Positions 41,421 to 55,251 of a stretch of 64,000 nt of DNA are shown one piece after another. Source of the DNA: Octopus sinensis (taxonomy: Eukaryota); NCBI RefSeq assembly GCF_006345805.1, contig NC_043010.1, positions 37,200,001 through 37,264,000 of the forward strand. Direction: 5' to 3'. The notes under the pieces were generated by a model, which worked only from the letters and a program-made list of their open reading frames with translations, searched no databases and was not told where the DNA came from. Numbering within the stretch: position 1 is the stretch's first letter; the number at the start of each line of letters is the position of its first letter. Position numbers and translations under genes: made by a program.

Positions 41421-43142
41421 CGTGATTATGTGTTTGTGTGTATGCATTCATATGTGCATGTATATAACTCTCATTACAGTATATTGATGAGGGCTATAAA
41501 CATGAAAGGGAACACTGAAAACTTGGATTTTACAAAGTCCTTTGTGATATCTTTTCTACAGTGAGTTACAGATACTCCCTTGTCAATCCTGCTATCAGAA
41601 CTAGTGAATCAATGATTGGTCGATTATAGACCTGTAACCAATGATGCTCTCATTCACGTAATGCATTATACTGTTCCTACTTCCAATGGATGCCACTTGA
41701 CGCAAGGGGCCACATAGGTGGCTTTCTCTCTGAGGTACACTGCCAATGAATCTTGTATGGATTTCTGCCATGGTTTTTCTTTCTTTTTTTCTTGTTTTTT
41801 GACATGAAATTGTGGCATAAATAATAAATGTGATGCGAATAGGTGATTTCGTATTTGGTAAAGAAGAAAACAAAAGAATAACAGGGTGTAATGGATGCGA
41901 ATGGTGGACAAACATGGGGGAAAAAGAGAGAGAGATGAGGAGGTGGAATTTGGGGAGAAGCTGTCCTGGGCAGACTTGGTGCGGATGTTGGCTCTCATGG
42001 GAAGATGATGTCACAGCGAAACATATGGAAGGTTAATGTATGACAATTTTGTCCAACCCCATGTAGAAAAATGAATGTAAAATCAATGATAATGGTAATG
42101 ATTTTTATGCGTAACTCGCCAGGTTTTATGTTTACAGGAAAATTTAAGTTTTTACCATGTTTTTTTTTAAATATTTTGTTAAGGGGTTTCTCTGTTGTTC
42201 TGGGTTTTTTGTTGTTTTTTTCTCTCTCTTAAACGATATCCATCTTCTGATGAAATATTGAGAAGGCCCCTGTCTGTTTTTGCTGTTATTGTTAGTGTTT
42301 GTCATTTGTATTTTTGAGATTATTTAATGTTAATAACCCTACCCATCCATTCACCGATTCCTGTTGTTGTTGTGGTTGTCAGGAGAGTATTGGAAGATGT
42401 GTACCGTAAAATTAACCATGCTATGCTCCAGCGATGTTGTTATTTTAACCATCCACTCAAATCTCTCTCTCTCTCTCTCTCTACCACAGTGGAACTACAA
42501 TATTGGATGGAAACCATAAATATATACATGTGTGTTTGCATGCATATGAGTGTGTGTGTGTATGTTAGTGCATGTATGTGTGCATCTCTCCTTAAAGTCT
42601 TGTATTATTGTAGACGTTAACTGCCAGGCTGATATGAATATCTCATACAAAACCAATGAACAGGAGAACATTTATGGTCAGTTAGTTGATTTCAGAACTT
42701 GCAGCTTCCCTACTTCTCTACACCCTTTAATTATGCCTGTCTTTCTAATCATAATTACTGGTACACAAGGGCCAACAAGGAAACCATTATATAGTTGCTC
42801 AACCCAATAGTGATAGCAACCACATTTCCCTCCAATTACAAACTACTCTTTAAAAACATCTTATGCATCCATAAAAGAAAATACTTAAACATGATTGTGC
42901 TAGATACATTATTGTTGAAAAAAAATGAAAAATTCCAGTCTGATTACTGCTGGAATGTCTTGTGTCATACAACACATCTGCCACATCAGGATGCTTAACC
43001 TTTTAGCATTTAGATTATGCTATCAAATATAATGCTTATTTCTTAACATTGTTTTAAATTCATCATGCATTGTCCCATAGCTCCAAGATCTCCTTGATCT
43101 GATTGTCTATTTTAAGAATGACATTGTAGGGTCGGTGTGAGA

Positions 43143-43368
43143 GGCGGCGAGCTGGCAGAATCATTAGCACGCTGGACGAAATGCTTTGCGGTATTTCGTC
43201 TGCCGTTACGTTCTAAGTTCAAATTCCGCCGAGGTCGACTTTGCCTTTCATCCTTTCGGGGTCGATAAATTAAGTACCAGTTACGCACTGGGGTCGATAA
43301 AATCGACTAAATACCTATGTCTGTCCTTGTTTGTCCACTCTATGTTTAGCCCCTTGTGGGTAATAAAG
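43143..43368 (+). mobile_element. SINE family A inserted into a family-1 MITE (42999-43441)
   Basis: MITE sequence resumes colinearly after the SINE; agaggc occurs at both junctions (43140-43145, 43367-43372). Confidence 0.85.
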
Positions 43369-45531
43369 AGGCTAGATCTGGCTGGTTTGAAAAACAGGTA
43401 GAATATTTTAGCTGAAGATGGCCAACTTAAATGCTAAGTAGTTAATGTTTGTTCTATAAATGCGAGTGGAACAATGAATATGTGCAGTGCTTTTTAAAGA
43501 GTTCAGTCTGCTCGAATGGTGCTTTTTACGTTGGTGGCAAGCTGGCAGAATCGTTAGCACACCTGGTGAAATGCTTAGTGGTGTTTCATCTACATTCTGA
43601 GTTCAAATTCCACCAAGGTCGACTTTGCCATTCATCCTCTTGGGGATCAATAAAATTAGTACCAGTTATGCACTGGAGTCAATGTAATCGACTTAATCCC
43701 ATCCCCTAAATTTGAAGCCTTATGTTTCCAGTAGAAAGGATTATTATTGACGGCAGAGAACTGGCAGAACCATTAGCTTGCAGGTGAAATACTTAGTAGT
43801 ATTTCATCTGCCACTACATTGTGAGTTCCGATTCCACCAAGGTCGACTTCGCCTTTCATCCTTTTGGGGTCAATAAATCAAGCACCAGTTGCATACTGGG
43901 GTCGATGTAAATGGCTGGCCCCCTCCCCCAAAATTTCAGGCCTTGTACCTATAGTTGAAAGGATTATTATTATTATTATTATTGTTGTTGTTGTTACTTC
44001 ACTGCAAGCCCAGTCATTTATGCGTTTCTGAATTAATAAACAACAGCTATGACCTTGTCCTAGCACTTGACTGACAAACAACAGAGAACTTGTTTCAAGA
44101 TTATTTGTGTGTGTGTGTGTAATCCATGCTTTATGCTTTCTTAATTGTGTTAATAAAAAAAAATTAGTTATTTTTGCACCACCCCCAACACCACCGCCTT
44201 AACATCTTTTCATAACTTCTTTACTCTGTGTGTGTGTGTGTGTTCTGGGGTTGGTTGATTATTAAAATTTTTTTTTTGTCTTTTGTTCTAGAAACACTTG
44301 ACATTTTTAAGTGTACTAACTGTAAAAGCTATGTGTGTGTGTGTGTGTGTGTTAGAGTTTATGTATACACATAGCGTTTAATACAAATACACACACACAC
44401 ATGTGTATGACGGTGTGTGATGGATAGAAACAAGAGGGAGACGTCTCTTGCTAGTCCTTCTAATTTTCTACATGAGCATCAATTAGTTTTGTTAGATCAT
44501 TTTGATAGAATAATAATAATGATTTCTTTTTAGCAGCACGCGGTGGCAGCATAGGTGGTGGTGGTGGTGGTGGTGGTGGTGTTGGTGGTGGTAGTTGTAA
44601 TCAGCAGCAGCAGCAGCACGGAGAGCTGTAGACAGTAGAGTGCGTAGATGCTGCTCTTGAGATTCTAGTTTCAGAGAATTTTGTTTGAGTTCCTCAAAGT
44701 ATGATGGCATTTATTCCGAATAGATGATTGCTTAATTAAATACTTAATTGGTGAGCTTTTGTCTTGCCTTACCCACCAGCTTCAACTGTTGAAATACCAG
44801 TACAGTTACTGTCAATATATGTGTTACATATGTTACATACACACACATGCACACACACATATACACACAAATAAATATACTTACATACATATAAACATAC
44901 ATACATACATATACAAGACAAGGAATAAATAATGGTCATTCTTTTTTTTTTTTATATCATAGTAAATTTGCCTTACAGCTGTTTCCAGTAGCTATTATAG
45001 GTTCGTTATTAATAGGTTTACTCTATCAGCCCATTGATTGGTTGACAAAAATTGAACAGCCTAGAAAATTAATGCTATCGTACTTCCATCAGAGTCATTT
45101 CTGGTTATGACCAAGCAGATGGTACAGACATGGGGAGGAGAACAAAGAGAAGCAATTAGAATGAGCATAAGGATTTACAATATAGAATGGGAATGAACTA
45201 TAATCTCAGACCCTGCTGCATGAATATGCAGAACTCTTTACTAATCTAAATAAGATTGTTAGTCTGGTGAACTAACAGAGAGCTTATGAAGTATTTTCCC
45301 CCGGATTGATAATCCCTTACTAATAACTACATATATATATATATATTCTTTAATTCTTTTATTTGTTCCAGTTGTTTGACTGTGACCATGCTGGAGCACC
45401 AACTTTAGTTGAACAAATCGCCCCCAGGATTTATTGTATCAATCTATTTTGCTGAACCGCTAAGTTACACACCAATATTGGTTGTCAAGCGACGGTGGAG
45501 GGATAAACACACACAATGACACGCGCGCATG

Positions 45532-45564
<33 letters not shown>

Positions 45565-47442
45565 ATCCCTTGAATATCGTGGGTGTTACGTTCCAAAACC
45601 CCCTTCGATAGGTGAAAATCCGCAAAGCAGAAACTTTACTGCATTGTATTTTTTTAATTATTTTTTATAATTTGTATATATTTATTTTATTATAAATGCA
45701 AAACAACCCTATATATATACACACGTATGTATACACACATACACATATATATATAGACATGTATATACGCACACATATATGAACACATATACAGGCACAC
45801 AAACGCACAATATATACACACATATACATAAACACACACATATACGCTATATATACACACACACATATATATATACACACACACACACACACATACATAT
45901 ATACACATACATGTACGCATATATGTTAAAGAGAAGAGCTCGTGGTGGTAAAGAGATTGCATAGCATTTTCGATTCACCTTGATCCAAGTGGTCTACAGC
46001 TGGATCTCACTCCATCCTTTGATGTGAAATATTTATGTTCTCCATTGATCTTGTGGTTGTTGTTGTTGTTGTTGTTGCTGCTGCGCAAGATTACGTAATC
46101 TAGTTAGGAGTGAATTAGTCTGAGATGTAAAAGCAACTGTGGAGCTGGAGGGGGGAGGTGGCAGACAGATCGTGCACGCGTGTGTGCGTGTTCATTCCTG
46201 TGTGTGCATGCCTGTATGTGTGTGCATGCCTCTGTGTGTGTGTGTGTGTGTGTGTGCGTGTGTCTGTGGCTCATTGAAGGATGATCATTGCATAATCTTA
46301 CGGAATGTGCCACCGTTTATTATCTGCCGAACGATGTCGCCTGTCTAGTTTCGATTTGCATTTGCTGCCAGACACACTCACCCCTCTACCTTCGCTCCTC
46401 TCTATCCCCATCATCAAAGCTATCTGACTCTCCTCTCATCCCACCCCTCTGTCCCACCACCACTCTCTCTACTCCTTCATTTTTTTCTTTTTCTTTCTCT
46501 CTCCCCCTCTCCTTTTCATCATCTATTATGGCTTTGATTCCAATAACACAGCCTTCTGTCCATCTTATGAAAGCTAAAATGATGACTAAACTACAAGTTT
46601 CCTTGTTGCTGTTTAACCCCGAGATCATCTCTGACCCAGCAAGCAGACTTCTGATCAAAGAGATACCAGCTATGGCCATGCTTTCTTTGTCCTTTCTTTC
46701 TGTCCTTCCTTCATTTCCTTTCTTTTTTCTGCCATTCTTTCCTTTCTTTGACTCTCTCTCTCTCTTTTTCTCTCTTCCATTTTGCTTTCTTTCTTCATTC
46801 TTACCTCCTTTCTTCCTTTCTTTCTCTTCATTCCTTTCTTCTTTTCTCAGTCACAATATATATTTTGGACTAAATTATCAAATTTATCAGTATCTGAAGT
46901 CATCAGTGTATACTTTGAGGCAGATTTGACTGCTTTTAGTCATTAATTAAGTTACTGCATGTGTTGCTATCGTTAGACCACCAAACCTGTCTTGGTCAAG
47001 CAAATCTATGATCAAAATCATTGCAGCCATCCAGTATTGGGGGTGGGTTATTTATTTATGTTTTTCTAACCATTGTGGATCTCGAATGATGTTATCTAAT
47101 TTGTCCTGCAATTTTAAAAACAGATGTTATGTGAGAGAGATATGACTGCTCTTTCTAGTAGGTTGAATAACCAGGTATGTCATTCTTGTTTATCCCAAGG
47201 CCAGCTTTGACCTAACTGGCCTATGTTCAAAAACATCCTCTTACATGTGTTGTTACATATCCTGGAGCTCATTATCCAATATGCCATTCTTTTCTTCAGA
47301 TAGGAAAGAAGTAATTCAAAGGAGATTTAGCTGCTATTTCTAGCAGATTGAGTAACCATATGGTTAGTGGGTGGGAAGTGATACTATTGTGTAGACTTGG
47401 ATGTCTCTTATTGAGGTGACTAATGATATGGATGTAGATCAA

Positions 47443-48149
47443 ATGGAGCTTCCAATCAGAATATCTTAATGCTTTGACCAAAAGCTTGGTAATACTCAAG
47501 CTGAAACCATCCAAAAGATTCAGCAGGCCTTTGGTGATGACATTATGGGCAAAACTCAAATCAAAGAGTTTGAGAGCCACTTCAAACATAGCCACACCTT
47601 AGTGGAGAGCAAGGCCCATTCGGGTAAGCTATCCACAAGTTGAAATAAGGAGCCAATTGGGAAGGTTCCATGAATAGTCATGGAAGACTGTTGTGTAACA
47701 GTTCAGGAAATTGCTCACAAAGTGGGAATAAGCACAAAATCAGTGCATTCCATTTTAATGGACAATTTGTGCATGTGGAGAGTGCCAGCGAAATTCTCCC
47801 TCAAGCTGTTAGCGAAGCAGTTCTGCATGGAAATCATTCAGGACATGGTGGACTGTGCAAAAACACGACCCAAACTTTCTGAAGGTAACCATAACTGGGG
47901 GTGAGGTATGGGTTTATGGTCTCTGCTCAATTTTTTCGGTCATCTTGCATGAAAGCAAAAATCTGATGGATGTGCCCTACACATCTGTACTCTGGGCGTG
48001 ACAGCTGGCAACTGACACAGCCTACTGGCACAAAAATTATTGTGCGACCATGTGAGGGTGACTTCACCTCTCATTCAGAGACTTTTGGCCATGCAGCACT
48101 AGCTTTGGCAGGAAAAAATGAAGTTGAATACTTTTTGAATCCACTCGTA
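47443..48149 (+). pseudogene. Mariner (Tc1/mariner, DD34D-type) transposase fossil with internal deletion and probable right TIR
   Basis: Translates KLGNTQAETIQKIQQAFGDDIMGKTQIKE...VTVQEIAHKVGISTKSVHSILMDNLCMWRVPAKF...DPNFLKVTITGGEVWVYG. This matches the mariner HTH, the W/FVP-like linker and the TGDETW motif (D changed to G). In-frame stops at 47467, 47641 and 47671, frameshift near 47865. End ctttttgaatccactcg|TA at about 48131-48149. Confidence 0.8.
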
Positions 48150-48180
48150 TATGCACAACATTCTTGCACAGTTTCCAACA

Positions 48181-48601
48181 TATTTCTTTATTGCCCATAA
48201 GGAGGTAAACATAGAGGGGACAAACAAGGACAGACAAAGGGATTAAGTCGATTACATCGACCCCAGTGCATAACTAGTACTTAATTTATCGACTCCCGAA
48301 AGGATGAAAGGCAAAGTCAACTTCAGCAGAATTTGAACTCAGAACATAGTGGCAGACGAAATACCCATTTATTTCTTTATTACCCACAAGGGGCTAAACA
48401 TAGAGGGGACAAACAAGGACAGACAAAGGGATTAAGTCGATTACATTGACCCCAGTGCATAACTAATACTTAATTTATCAACCCCCAAAAGGATGAAAAG
48501 CAAAGTCAACTTCGGCAGAATTTGAACTCAGAACGTAATGATATATGAAATACTGCTAAGCATTTCGTCCGGCGTACTAGCATTTCTGCCAGCTCGCTGC
48601 C
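48181..48601 (-). mobile_element. SINE family A tandem dimer
   Basis: Two units of about 185 bp joined at gaaatacc|catttatttc near 48366; only the right-hand unit has the complete head. Confidence 0.85.
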
Positions 48602-51160
48602 TTTTCCATCTGCCAAATTCAATCACAAGGCATTGGTCGAGTGGGGCTATAGTAGAAGACACTTGCAAAGACGAGATGCAATATGACTGAACCCAAAACC
48701 ACGAGATTGCGAAACAAGCTTCTCAACAAAAAGAAAGGGAAAACAAGAATTACTATACAACTACCAAAAGTTTACAGTATGACCTCACTTATATCTAATG
48801 GAGTAATGTGTACCCTAACAACAATACAACACTATATGACGACAACAAGAAGGATATTGAGGTCAGTGGTGAAGGTGGTGGTGACGGTGATGAGGATGAT
48901 GGAAAAGCCATCATGGCATCTTTCAATAATGTTTGCTGCCAACCATTGAAAAAAGTCAATTTAATATCTTCAACATAATATTGATTGCTACTCTATACAT
49001 ACTGATTGTCAATGTACCTTTTAGAGATCATTTTGGAAGAAAAGAAACCAAGTTGTTGTTGTCATGGTTGTTATTGTATTTTATTTTCTGACTTTGTTTT
49101 TTTATCGTATTTTTCTTTTGCTTTTGTTTTTTTTTCTTTTTTGGTACTTGTTTCCTTATATTTTTGTTTCTGCTGTTTTGTTCCTTTTTCTTTCTCCTCC
49201 TCTTTGCTCTGACTAATCTACTATTCATCATCATAGGTTGATTTCTCATTTATTTTCTCTCTTCGTTATTTCTTTATTTTTTATTTCATCATTCCTGTCA
49301 TGTTAAATACGCACACACATAACTTATGTTTACACACCCACACACACCTAGATATATATATAAATATATATACATATATATATATATAAAATGTTCTTTT
49401 TTATGCATTAACTCTTTTCATTTACTGGGCTGCTGTCATGCTGTGGCGCCACTTTCAAGGGTTTATCGATCTTATCGAAGCGCCCCCCCCCCAATATTTA
49501 TTTTATCAAGCTTTATTTGCCTGATTGCTAAGTTATGGCACTTAAAGGGATACAATGCAAACAATTCCACTCTTTAGGCTTGTGAAATTATATTAACACA
49601 CATACTCACACACACAAATACATTTGTGTATATGTATGTACACACACATACATACACTCACACACACACACATACACACAGAGTGGGCTTTTGTATTGTG
49701 TCTGTCTATCCAGTTCCACTCCACCTCAGGCTGTAGTATAAAACTCTTGCTAAAGTGCTACGCTACAGGCTTTGCATCTCTGAGCATTAACTTTTCAGCC
49801 TCATAGACTTGCTCTGCATGGATGTGTGGTTGGGAAGTTCCCTTTCTCATGACCATGTGGTTTCAGGTTCAGTCCCAACTGTGCACCATCTTGGGCAAAT
49901 GACTTCTGCCACAGCCTGAACCAACCTAAACCTTGCGAGTGGAATTTGGTACACATAAACTGTACCAAAGGAGCTCATGTGTACGTTTGTGCTTCTGCAA
50001 AAAAAGCGCCACAATTGGTGATGTTATTGTCATTGCCTCTATCGATTAATTATCCACTGGCTTTGGGCCTTTTGAAGACATATGGAATTATAAATTCCTT
50101 ACTGGAAAAATTAGTAAGGGTTAGCAACAGAAAGATCATCCATCTGTAATGCAATACCCCAGTAATATATTCAATTAACCCATGCTAGCATGGCAAAGTG
50201 GGCATAAAATTTAACAGAGAACAAACATATATCTATAATGTATAGATATATATAAAGTAGAAAGACTGATAAATGATGGCAGGTGTAAGGAATGCATCTA
50301 TATGAAAAGTTGTGTCTATAATTTACATGATGTAATCAAGTCACATCTTTACACCTGTTTCAAATGGTCGATGACTGGTTGATATAACAATGCATATTAT
50401 GTAAACAGACAATATTGCTGTTGTCCATAAAGGCAAAGCAAAGTAAAGTATCAACCAGCATTGATTTTGATGGTCCCATACAGCAGAGGTATGCCAGTCT
50501 CTTCAGATGATAGTGAGCAAGTGTGTATGTATGTAAAGTGAAGGTTTGGGTATGTGGTACATTGAGTGCCTTCTATAGCTCTGAGCTGACCAAAGCAAAG
50601 CCTTGTGAGTGGAAATTGAAAAAAGTCTGCTGTATGTGTGTATGTCTTTCCTTTAATGTCATGTGGTTGTTGTTGATCTCATTCATTTCCACTAGTCTAC
50701 AGAAATATGTTGTCTGGCTATTGGGAAATATTAGCTTGCTGAGAAACAGGTGAGTGTTTGTAACAGGAAGGGCATCCAGCCATAGAAAATGTGCTTCAAT
50801 AAACATTGTCTGACTTATGCAAGCATGGACAAGTAGACATTAGATCGATGATGATGATGATGATATATATATATATATATATATGATGATTACATATGTG
50901 CATGTATGTATGTACATACGTGCGTAAGTGCACATGTGTGAAAGTCAGTAACTAAATGATATATTGATTCCTCATATCTATTCTTGCAGACAGATTTCCG
51001 AACTGTTCCATTTGCAGCACGAGAAACTTGGACTTCCTTGACTGTAGCAACCTTACTTCTTAATTTGTCTTGGTTGTGGTTGTTGCTGTCATTGTTTAGA
51101 AACCATCTTCATCATCATCATTGACATCATCATCATCAATATTATTGTTGCTATTATTGC

Positions 51161-51202
<42 letters not shown>

Positions 51203-52018
51203 CATTATTGTTGTGAATGGTTGTGATATTTATCTTACTTCATCACTTTTCTTTTTGCTTTTGATGTTTTGTTTTTGGTCTTTATTTAATTGTCTTTTAT
51301 TTTCTGCGAGGGGGGTCTGCATGTCTTTCTATGCCACTGTTTCTCTTCTTCCTCCTCCTCCTCCTCTCTCTTTCTCTCTCTCTCTGTACTCCTCCATACT
51401 CTATCCCACCTTTTACATCTGTTTTCCCTCTCTCTGTTTTTTTTTTATCTCCTTTTAACTACCTGTGTGTGTGTGTTTATGCATATATATGTATATATGC
51501 ATACACACACACATGTATATATTATATATATAATAACAAAGTAATGGGTTATATACATTTATTTATTATAGGCTTACAGCTGTTTCAGATATGCATTTGG
51601 TGTATTCATGACTCAGTGCTATTGTTTGACTGATCAACTGAAAATGTAGGGAACCACCAGCCCGAATCTATGTCTTTCAGAGCCTCTAATACACTGAACC
51701 ATGAACACACCCAAATGCATATTTGAAACAGCTGTAAGCCTATAGATGCAAACAACCCATTATTTCTGACTATTTTATATAGTGCTCTGTGAAAACATAT
51801 AATCTTAACTGGGTAACAGAACCATGAATTTACAAATTTGACTGGTGAGGGACTTTGATTTTGGATTACCTCAAGTACAATATCGATCATAAAACATTTT
51901 TGTTAACCTGGTTTATCTGCAGAGAGCTTAAGAAGAATTTCACCTAGATTACTAATCCCTTGGTAATCCCTTTTTGTTTTGATATATGGATTTATGCACT
52001 TCCATTTATCCATGAAAG

Positions 52019-52075
52019 AGTTCTGAAACCATTCTCTTTATGTGTGTGTGTGTGTGTGTGTGTGTGCATGTAAAT

Positions 52076-52129
<54 letters not shown>

Positions 52130-52172
52130 ATATATATTTATACATGTGTGTGTATATGTATACATACATGTG

Positions 52173-52213
<41 letters not shown>

Positions 52214-52217
52214 CACA

Positions 52218-52250
<33 letters not shown>

Positions 52251-52318
52251 TATATATATATATACATGTGTGTGTGTATATATATATATATATCTGTATG
52301 TATGTATGTACACACATA
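52019..52318. repeat. Compound (TG)n/(TA)n microsatellite, representative of dozens in the window
   Basis: Directly visible. Similar tracts at about 9490-9740, 13965-14240, 14405-14605, 16150-16420, 17105-17325, 38200-38330, 45715-45925 and 62400-63690. Confidence 0.95.
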
Positions 52319-54699
52319 TGGCTTTCTTACCCTCTCTCTCTTAATATATATTATCTGGCTTATCACATTATTGACCCATTGCTACAGGAATTACAGTGGT
52401 TCTGGTTGGTAACTATAGCACTTCCATTATGTTCAGAAGATAAATGGAGCAGTTAGTTGTAGGGTGGAAGGTAGTAGCTTGTAGCTTTTATTTCTGTTAT
52501 ATCATATTTCAAGCAGCTTTTGCTCTGATGAGAACCAGCAGACTATAGATAAGAACTATTGAACATTGTTGCCAAAACCTGAGATTTGAACTCAGTGCGT
52601 TAAAGGGACATAACTGAGTAGAAAAATTTTTTGGGTCTTGTGCTGTAACAGTTCTGCCACCTATCAATGACGATGTCTCTGCAGTGCAATGTTGACCTGC
52701 TAGAAATAGCTGCAAGATTTCTTTCATATCACATTTTACTGTCTTTCATTGTCATCGTCATTAATCATCATCATTTTAACATCTATATTTCCATGCTTGC
52801 ATGGGTCAGATAGACTTATTGAGGCAGATTTTCTATGGCCAGATGTTCTTCCTGTTTTGGAGCAAGGTAATATTTCACCATATCCAAATATGTTTTTTGT
52901 AGAATATTGGAGAAGAAAGACAACTACTTGTACAACAATGAACTCATTTACAATTGTCATGCGATGTCAAGACAAGGGAATCAAGGGGATACATACTCAA
53001 ATAACTGCTCTCTCTCACACACACATAATGCAAGGCACATGGCCTAGTGGTTAGGGGTGTTGCATCACCATCATGAGATTGTGGTTTCAATTCTCAAACT
53101 GGCTGCAAGTGGTGTTCTTGAGCAGAACACTTCATTTTATGTTGCTCCCGTCCACTCACCTGTATTTGGGTCACTCCTGCGATGGACTGGCCTTCCAATC
53201 AGGGGGAATATTGCCCTGCTTGTCTACCCAGCAGGGCTGGAGCATTCGAAAGCTAAAACAGTGTAAAGTGCATTGTGACCAGCAGTGTGTAACACCATCT
53301 GATAGTCTGGTCAGTACTGTGATATGGTGAGTTGGCAAGCCAAGTGAGATTGTAGCAGTGGCCGATGCCAGTGTTGCATAACCAGCCCATTTAAAAGCAC
53401 CCTTGAATCATCGGGCAATATGCTGTACTTGTGAAGACCTGTTGAGTTAAGTGAAATCATAGTCATGGCCAATACCAGCGCCACCTGACTGGCTCCCATG
53501 CTGGTGGCAGGTAAAAAGCACCTACTACACTCTGAGTGGCTGGTGTCAAGAAGGGCATCCTAGTGTAGAAACCTTGCCAGATCAGATTGGAGGCTGGTGC
53601 AGCCACCTGGCTTGCCATTCCTCAGTCAAACCATCCAACACATACCAACATGGAAAGAGGATGTTAAATGATGGTGATGATGATGATGATGTATATATGT
53701 ATACATACACACACGATGGGCTTCTTTCAGTTTCCATCTACCAAATTCACTCACAAGTCTGGCCCAGAAGCACAAGTAGGAGGCACTTACCCAAAATGTC
53801 TTGCAATAGAACTGAACCTGAAACTATGTGGTCGGGAAGCAAACTTCTTATTCACACAGCCACACCCAGATAATAAACAAAGCTGGAGGAGAGAAAGGCT
53901 TGAGAAAACACTTGCCTGGTCGAAGCTGGCCTGGTGTTATACAAGGACCGGTTAAAGTTAGAACAAGCTCATACATTAAATGAACTGAAATAAGACAATA
54001 TGTTGAAGGAAAAGAATAAACAAGAGACAAGGATTTCGTGTATGCATGGTTCTTATCTTCCTGTTTTTAATTATTTGAATTCTTGTTAGGAAGGGAGTTG
54101 GTTTCTCAGAAAGAAACAAAGCTACCTCTGTATGTATGTTGTGTGTGTGTGTGTGGTTATGTTTGTTCCTATCTTTATCTCCTTTTGTCTGAATGCACCT
54201 TCGATGTGCATATGTATATGTGTGTGTTGTTACAGGAGCATACGCATGTAACCATGAGAGAGAGAGAGAGAAAGAATGAACAAAAGAGAGAGGGGGGTAA
54301 GGGATAACAATCAAGAGGGTGACAATTGTGTGTGCTTGTCCTACTGTCTTTGCATGTGTGTATAATTTTGTATGTGTGAGAGAGAAGTTCAAATGCAGGA
54401 TTGTCCAGTAGTGCCTTATGTGAAACAACAGTCAGATCAGGTCAGGTCAGGTCAAATGGTGACTGTGTTGGAGTTGGATTAAAACAAGCTTGTCTGAGCT
54501 ATTTTAGGTCAAAGCCAGACACTGATAGTTGCTTTAACCCTTTAGCATTCAGATTACTCTGTTAAATGCAAAGCTTATTTATTTATTCACGTTGTTTTGA
54601 ATAAATAATACATTCAGTTCTATATTTAAGAGATGAAGAATTATCTACAATACATACATTATTTCCATTGACTGATATTTGTCCTCATCTTGTTTGTTG

Positions 54700-54744
54700 T
54701 TAACACGTTTCGGCTGATACACCCTCCAGCCTTCATCAGGTGTC
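54700..54744 (-). ncRNA. Hammerhead ribozyme-like motif (copy B), activity unproven
   Basis: Reverse strand reads gacac CTGATGA a ggctg gagggtgtat cagcc GAAA c gtgtt. Core boxes and helix II are intact; helix III and the NUH triplet are unclear. Confidence 0.55.
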
Positions 54745-54780
54745 TTATGGAAATTTCAAACCTGGGTTCCAATTCCTAAG

Positions 54781-54950
54781 GTATTTTTCGATGTTATTAC
54801 ATTCTGAGTTCAAATTCCGCCAAGGTTGACTTTGCCTTTCACCCTTTCAGGGTCGATAAGTTAAGTTCCAGTTACGTACTTAGATCGATCTAATCGACTG
54901 GCCCCCTCCCACAAAATTTTGGGCTTTGTTCCTAGAGTAGAAAAGATTAT
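54781..54950 (+). mobile_element. 5'-truncated SINE family A fragment inserted in the (TTA)n spacer of the left palindrome arm
   Basis: B-box, core and ggcc..gt.cct-type tail; absent from the right arm and from copy A. Confidence 0.75.
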
Positions 54951-55114
54951 TATTATTATTGTTATTTAGGTCATTGCCTGGGATCAAACTCGGAATCTTG
55001 GGGTTAGCTGCCTGTGCTCTTAACCACTATGCCATATGCCCATGGGCTTATGGCGTAGTGGTTAAGAGCGCAGGCTACTAACCCTAAGATTCCGAGTTTG
55101 ATTCCAGGCAGTGA

Positions 55115-55150
<36 letters not shown>

Positions 55151-55208
55151 CAACAACAACATCGAAAAATACCTTAGGAATGAGAACCCAGGTTTTAAAT
55201 TTCCCCAA

Positions 55209-55251
55209 GACATCTGATGAAGGCTGGAGGGAATATCAGCCGAAACATGTT
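55209..55251 (+). ncRNA. Hammerhead ribozyme-like motif (copy C), activity unproven
   Basis: gacat CTGATGA (55214-55220) a ggctg gagggaatat cagcc GAAA (55242-55245) c atgtt. Confidence 0.55.

Noticed and set aside
42327-42620. ORF segment HAMLQRCCYFN resembling MAEA EHLLRCGYYN
   Set aside because: Surrounding residues do not match the conserved MAEA exon; flanked by microsatellite-derived sequence; chance similarity.
55043-55118. Functional tRNA gene at the palindrome centre
   Set aside because: A and B boxes are present, but the T-stem and acceptor stem do not pair.
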